From the NCBI GenBank assembly GCA_963668675.2, contig CAXXMB010000002.1:2560001-2624000 (forward strand): a DNA stretch of 64,000 bases, in the 5' to 3' direction. Shown here piece by piece: positions 60,805 through 64,000 of the stretch. The notes under the pieces were generated by a model. That model saw only the letters and a list, made by a program, of their open reading frames with translations. It did not search any database and was not told where the DNA came from. Numbering within the stretch: the first letter of the stretch is position 1; each line of letters starts with the position of its first letter. Source of the DNA: an uncultured Desulfatitalea sp. Its GTDB lineage: Bacteria; Desulfobacterota; Desulfobacteria; Desulfobacterales; Desulfosarcinaceae. Both the position numbers and the translations under genes were made by a program.

Positions 60805-63112
60805 GCGCAAACCGGCCCTGCCCGGCATTCTGTTCCTGGCCTGCTTCTGGATCATTTGCATGTCATCGATCGTTCACGCCGATACCTACGGGACCATCGG
60901 CCCTGCATCCAACGAACAGATTGTCGTCGAAAGGGTCGGCCGCCAGGACGGCTCGACAGCCTATGACACCGTCGCCGCGGGAGCGGAACTGACCTCGGAT
61001 GTCATCAGCGGCGGCGGGCCCATGTACAACGCCGCCGAGTCGGTGGGCAGTGAGGTGAAAAACAGCCTGTTCTACCTGAAAAAAAACTCCAAGAAAAATA
61101 ATGTCAGGCTACTGGAGAAGGTGGGCTTTAAAAAAGAAACAGCCAAGAACATTGCCAATAGTCCGGTTAAATCGATGAGTACGTTTGGCAAGAACCTGGA
61201 CAAGGTCACCAAATCAATGGACGTGTTGGACAAATGGGGCACAGGGTGGCAAGTTGCCGGCGCCCTGGCCGGAGACGACACAACGGGCGCCAAGGAGGCG
61301 GTCAACGACGCCATATTGTCCGGTGCATCCGTGGGTGCCGGTGCGTGGCTGGGCGCCAAAGCCGGTGCCGCATGCGGCGCTGCGGGCGGACCCGGGGGGG
61401 CGGCCCTTGGCGGCATCGTGGGCGCGGTGGGCGGCGCCATCGCGGCATCTTACGTGTACGACACCCAGGTCAAAACCCGCTTGGATAAAGGCGCCCACAA
61501 AGAGGTCGTCAAAATGCTCGAAAAAGAGGAGCAGGCTGAAAAAAAGCGGCGCCGCATCCGGGTGGACATCAGAACGGTTTACCCGAATGGGGTCATGGTC
61601 TCCCCGGAAAATCCCCTGCCGCCGATGGAAGTGATCCATCAGCAGGCCCAGGAGATCCGCGAGCAGCGCCTACAGGACAGAATCGAACAGGCCACCGCCG
61701 ACCTCCTGGACAAATGCCCCCTGAATCCCAACAAGACCAAACCGGGGCTGTGCGGCTGCGCCGTGCCGGAAACCGACAGCGACGGCGACCTGGTGCCCGA
61801 CTGCATCGACGAATGCCCCAACGACCCCAAACAGTACCAGGCAGGCCCCGACGGCTGTATCGAAAAGGTAAGGGTGCCCACCGTCCTGGGAAAACCGACG
61901 GACTGGGCGGTACGTGCCATCAAGGCGGCTGGGCTGGTCCCGGCACCGGGAGGCGGCGACCCGGCGCCGGACAAAAAGAGCGAATTTAAAATCCAGTCTC
62001 AGAATCCGGTGGGCGATGCCCTGGCCGAACCCGGATCCCCGGTGAGCATCCGCATCTACAGTGCGTATAAACCGGTCATTCCCAATGTGATCGGCCTGAG
62101 CGAAACGAAAGCGTCAGCGAAAATAACGGCCATCGGCATGAAACCGGTCATCTCCAAAAATAAGGTGGCCCCCACAGCCGAACTGAGCGGCAAGGTCTGG
62201 TCCCAGTCCGCGCCGGACGGCCTATTTATTACCCTGGACGTTTACAAGGACTTAAAAGAAGAGCGTTGCCTGGATCTGAAGCGGCGTTTTTGGGGCGCCA
62301 TGGCCGACAGTAAGCTGGCCGAGGGTAAAGAGATCATCTCCCAGGCCCGGGAGTGCGACTTCTATGAAAAGGGCCTGGCCAAATTGAAAAAAATGGAGTG
62401 CCTGGATAACGCGGTGGCCTTTCTCAATGCCATGAAAGGCAGTAATTACAGTCAGGCCCGGGCCATCCTGACCGCCAACAAGCATTGCGATTTTCACGAC
62501 GAATGGGCCCAGAAACTGACCTGCCAGGAGAATCTCGGCAAAATGATCGGCGCCCTGAAAACCAATGACCTCAACCGCTATCGCGCCCTGTTGGTAAAAA
62601 GTGAACAATGCGGTTTTTACAATCGACTGGCCGAAGCATGGAACGAGGGCCAAAAACAGGCCGCTGATCAGCGCAAGCGGAACGAGCAGTGGACCAAGAC
62701 CCTGGGCCAGTTTGTGGGCAGTGCGCTTCAGGAGATGGCTTCGGGGGCGGGATCGGGAACCACCACCCGGGGTTCGAACAGCGGCCATGCATCCACAACA
62801 CCGGTGGTCCAAGAGGGCCAGTGCAACGATGTGCGCAAGTCGGGGGCCAACCAGCCCGAGCGCCATATCATCAAGCTGGGCAGCCGCGGCAAAACCTTTG
62901 TCTTTGATTACGAGACCTACGACGAAGAGGACCGCATCATCGTCACCCAGGGCAGCCGGACCCTGTTCGACAGCGGCTGTGTGGGCACCCATGGACGCAA
63001 ATCGGTGCGGCTCAAAAAAGGATTCAGATCCAAGGTCACCGTGGACGTCCAACCCAACTGCAACGGCGGCACCAACACCCAGTGGCAGTTCACCGTGCAT
63101 TGCCCTGACTAA
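60797..63112 (+). CDS. Secreted mosaic protein (glycine zipper, TSP3-like Ca motif, PASTA domains, Cys helical repeats)
   Basis: AGGAGG RBS, signal peptide, GxxxG run, DSDGDLVPDCIDECPND, and VPTVLG / IPNVIG PASTA starts. Confidence 0.75.
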   Translation: MNKRKPALPGILFLACFWIICMSSIVHADTYGTIGPASNEQIVVERVGRQDGSTAYDTVAAGAELTSDVISGGGPMYNAAESVGSEVKNSLFYLKKNSKKNNVRLLEKVGFKKETAKNIANSPVKSMSTFGKNLDKVTKSMDVLDKWGTGWQVAGALAGDDTTGAKEAVNDAILSGASVGAGAWLGAKAGAACGAAGGPGGAALGGIVGAVGGAIAASYVYDTQVKTRLDKGAHKEVVKMLEKEEQAEKKRRRIRVDIRTVYPNGVMVSPENPLPPMEVIHQQAQEIREQRLQDRIEQATADLLDKCPLNPNKTKPGLCGCAVPETDSDGDLVPDCIDECPNDPKQYQAGPDGCIEKVRVPTVLGKPTDWAVRAIKAAGLVPAPGGGDPAPDKKSEFKIQSQNPVGDALAEPGSPVSIRIYSAYKPVIPNVIGLSETKASAKITAIGMKPVISKNKVAPTAELSGKVWSQSAPDGLFITLDVYKDLKEERCLDLKRRFWGAMADSKLAEGKEIISQARECDFYEKGLAKLKKMECLDNAVAFLNAMKGSNYSQARAILTANKHCDFHDEWAQKLTCQENLGKMIGALKTNDLNRYRALLVKSEQCGFYNRLAEAWNEGQKQAADQRKRNEQWTKTLGQFVGSALQEMASGAGSGTTTRGSNSGHASTTPVVQEGQCNDVRKSGANQPERHIIKLGSRGKTFVFDYETYDEEDRIIVTQGSRTLFDSGCVGTHGRKSVRLKKGFRSKVTVDVQPNCNGGTNTQWQFTVHCPD

Positions 63113-63113
63113 A

Positions 63114-63998
63114 CTACTGGCGCCCCAGCCGGGCCAGGGCTTTCTTGGCGTCGTTCCGCCCCTGTTTGGCCGCCAGGCGGTACCAGTGCACGGCCACATC
63201 CAAATCCATAGGCACCCCGATGCCCTCTTCGTACTTGGTGCCCAGATAATATTGGGCTTTGGCAAACCCCTGATCCGCGGACTTGCGGTACCAGTGAACC
63301 ACCATCCCGTTGTCCCTGGGTACCCCATGGCCCTTGAGATACATGATGCCCATGTTGAACTGCGCCGCGGGATTGCCCTTGTCCGCGGCAAAGCGGTACC
63401 ATTTGAGTGCCGCGGCATAGTCCCGGGCAACCCCGGCCCCTTTTTCATAGCCCATGCCAAGCATGACGGCACAACCTGTTTTCCCCTGATCGACGGCCTT
63501 GCGGCACCAGTCAGCGGCCTGTTCATAATCCCGGGCAACCCCGGTCCCCTCTATATAATTACACGCCAGGTTGTGCTGCGCCGTGGCATTGCCCGCCTCG
63601 GCCGCCTTACGGTACCAGCGGATTCCCTCGGCATAATCAACGGCCACGCCACGGCCTTTAAAGTACATGACCCCCAACTGGTTCTGGGATTGGGGCACCC
63701 CCTGGTCCGCGGCCTTTCGATACCACGCCAGTGCCTGGCCGTAATCCTGCGCCACACCGGATCCATTGAAATAGGCGTTGGCCAGGTTGTGCTGGCTCTT
63801 CGCATATCCTTGCACAGCCGCCCGACGGTACCACTTCACCTCCTCAACGCGATCGCGGGGGACACCCAGACCCTTGTCGTACATCCCCGCAATCTTGTTC
63901 TGCGCTTTGGCATACCCCAGATCGGCCGCTTCCCGGTAGGACGCCAGGGCCCGGCCATAATCCTGGGCCACACCATTGCGTCCATGGAAATAATCCTC
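63114..63998 (-). CDS. Sel1-repeat protein (5' end outside the window)
   Basis: Repeated AQ..LG.MY..G.GV..D...A..WYRKAA.QG units. Confidence 0.93.
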   Translation of the reverse strand, partial: EDYFHGRNGVAQDYGRALASYREAADLGYAKAQNKIAGMYDKGLGVPRDRVEEVKWYRRAAVQGYAKSQHNLANAYFNGSGVAQDYGQALAWYRKAADQGVPQSQNQLGVMYFKGRGVAVDYAEGIRWYRKAAEAGNATAQHNLACNYIEGTGVARDYEQAADWCRKAVDQGKTGCAVMLGMGYEKGAGVARDYAAALKWYRFAADKGNPAAQFNMGIMYLKGHGVPRDNGMVVHWYRKSADQGFAKAQYYLGTKYEEGIGVPMDLDVAVHWYRLAAKQGRNDAKKALARLGRQ

Positions 63999-64000
63999 GC

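Noticed and set aside
63114..63998. CRISPR-like periodicity
   Set aside because: The ~108-nt repeats are coding Sel1 units; no CRISPR array or cas gene was seen anywhere in the window.

Overview
A 64 kb chromosomal window from a GC-rich anaerobe, probably a Desulfobacterales-type deltaproteobacterium (inferred from gene content, not verified). The core or near-core genes are pstA-pstS-pstB-phoU, a MarR/dioxygenase/wrbA quinone-stress module, CorA/ZntB, MscS, speD-speE-ornithine decarboxylase, MoxR-DUF58-transglutaminase, an amidase, tRNA-Pro, tRNA-Leu, tig-clpP-clpX-lon, and several sensory or exported proteins. A sigma54 activator lies next to a PLP enzyme/DUF1611/PP-loop-creatininase/dipeptide epimerase operon. 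A ~14.6 kb phage-satellite-like element is integrated at tRNA-Pro(TGG), bounded by a 48-bp att duplication (31414-31461 and 46059-46106). It carries an integrase, AlpA, a wHTH rep gene with iteron-like repeats, RuvC and TerS, and has been hit by IS1595 and IS66. Its AT-rich cargo is the most interesting part of the window: a translationally coupled operon (Gly-tailed small protein, PfkB kinase-nucleoside deoxyribosyltransferase fusion, QueC-like ATPase, SagB-type oxidoreductase) converging on an Ogg-type DNA glycosylase, preceded by a SAMHD1-like HD dNTPase and a wHTH partner. This is a candidate nucleobase-modification anti-phage system that I cannot match to a named system. All functional calls come from motifs read by eye; no database searches were run.
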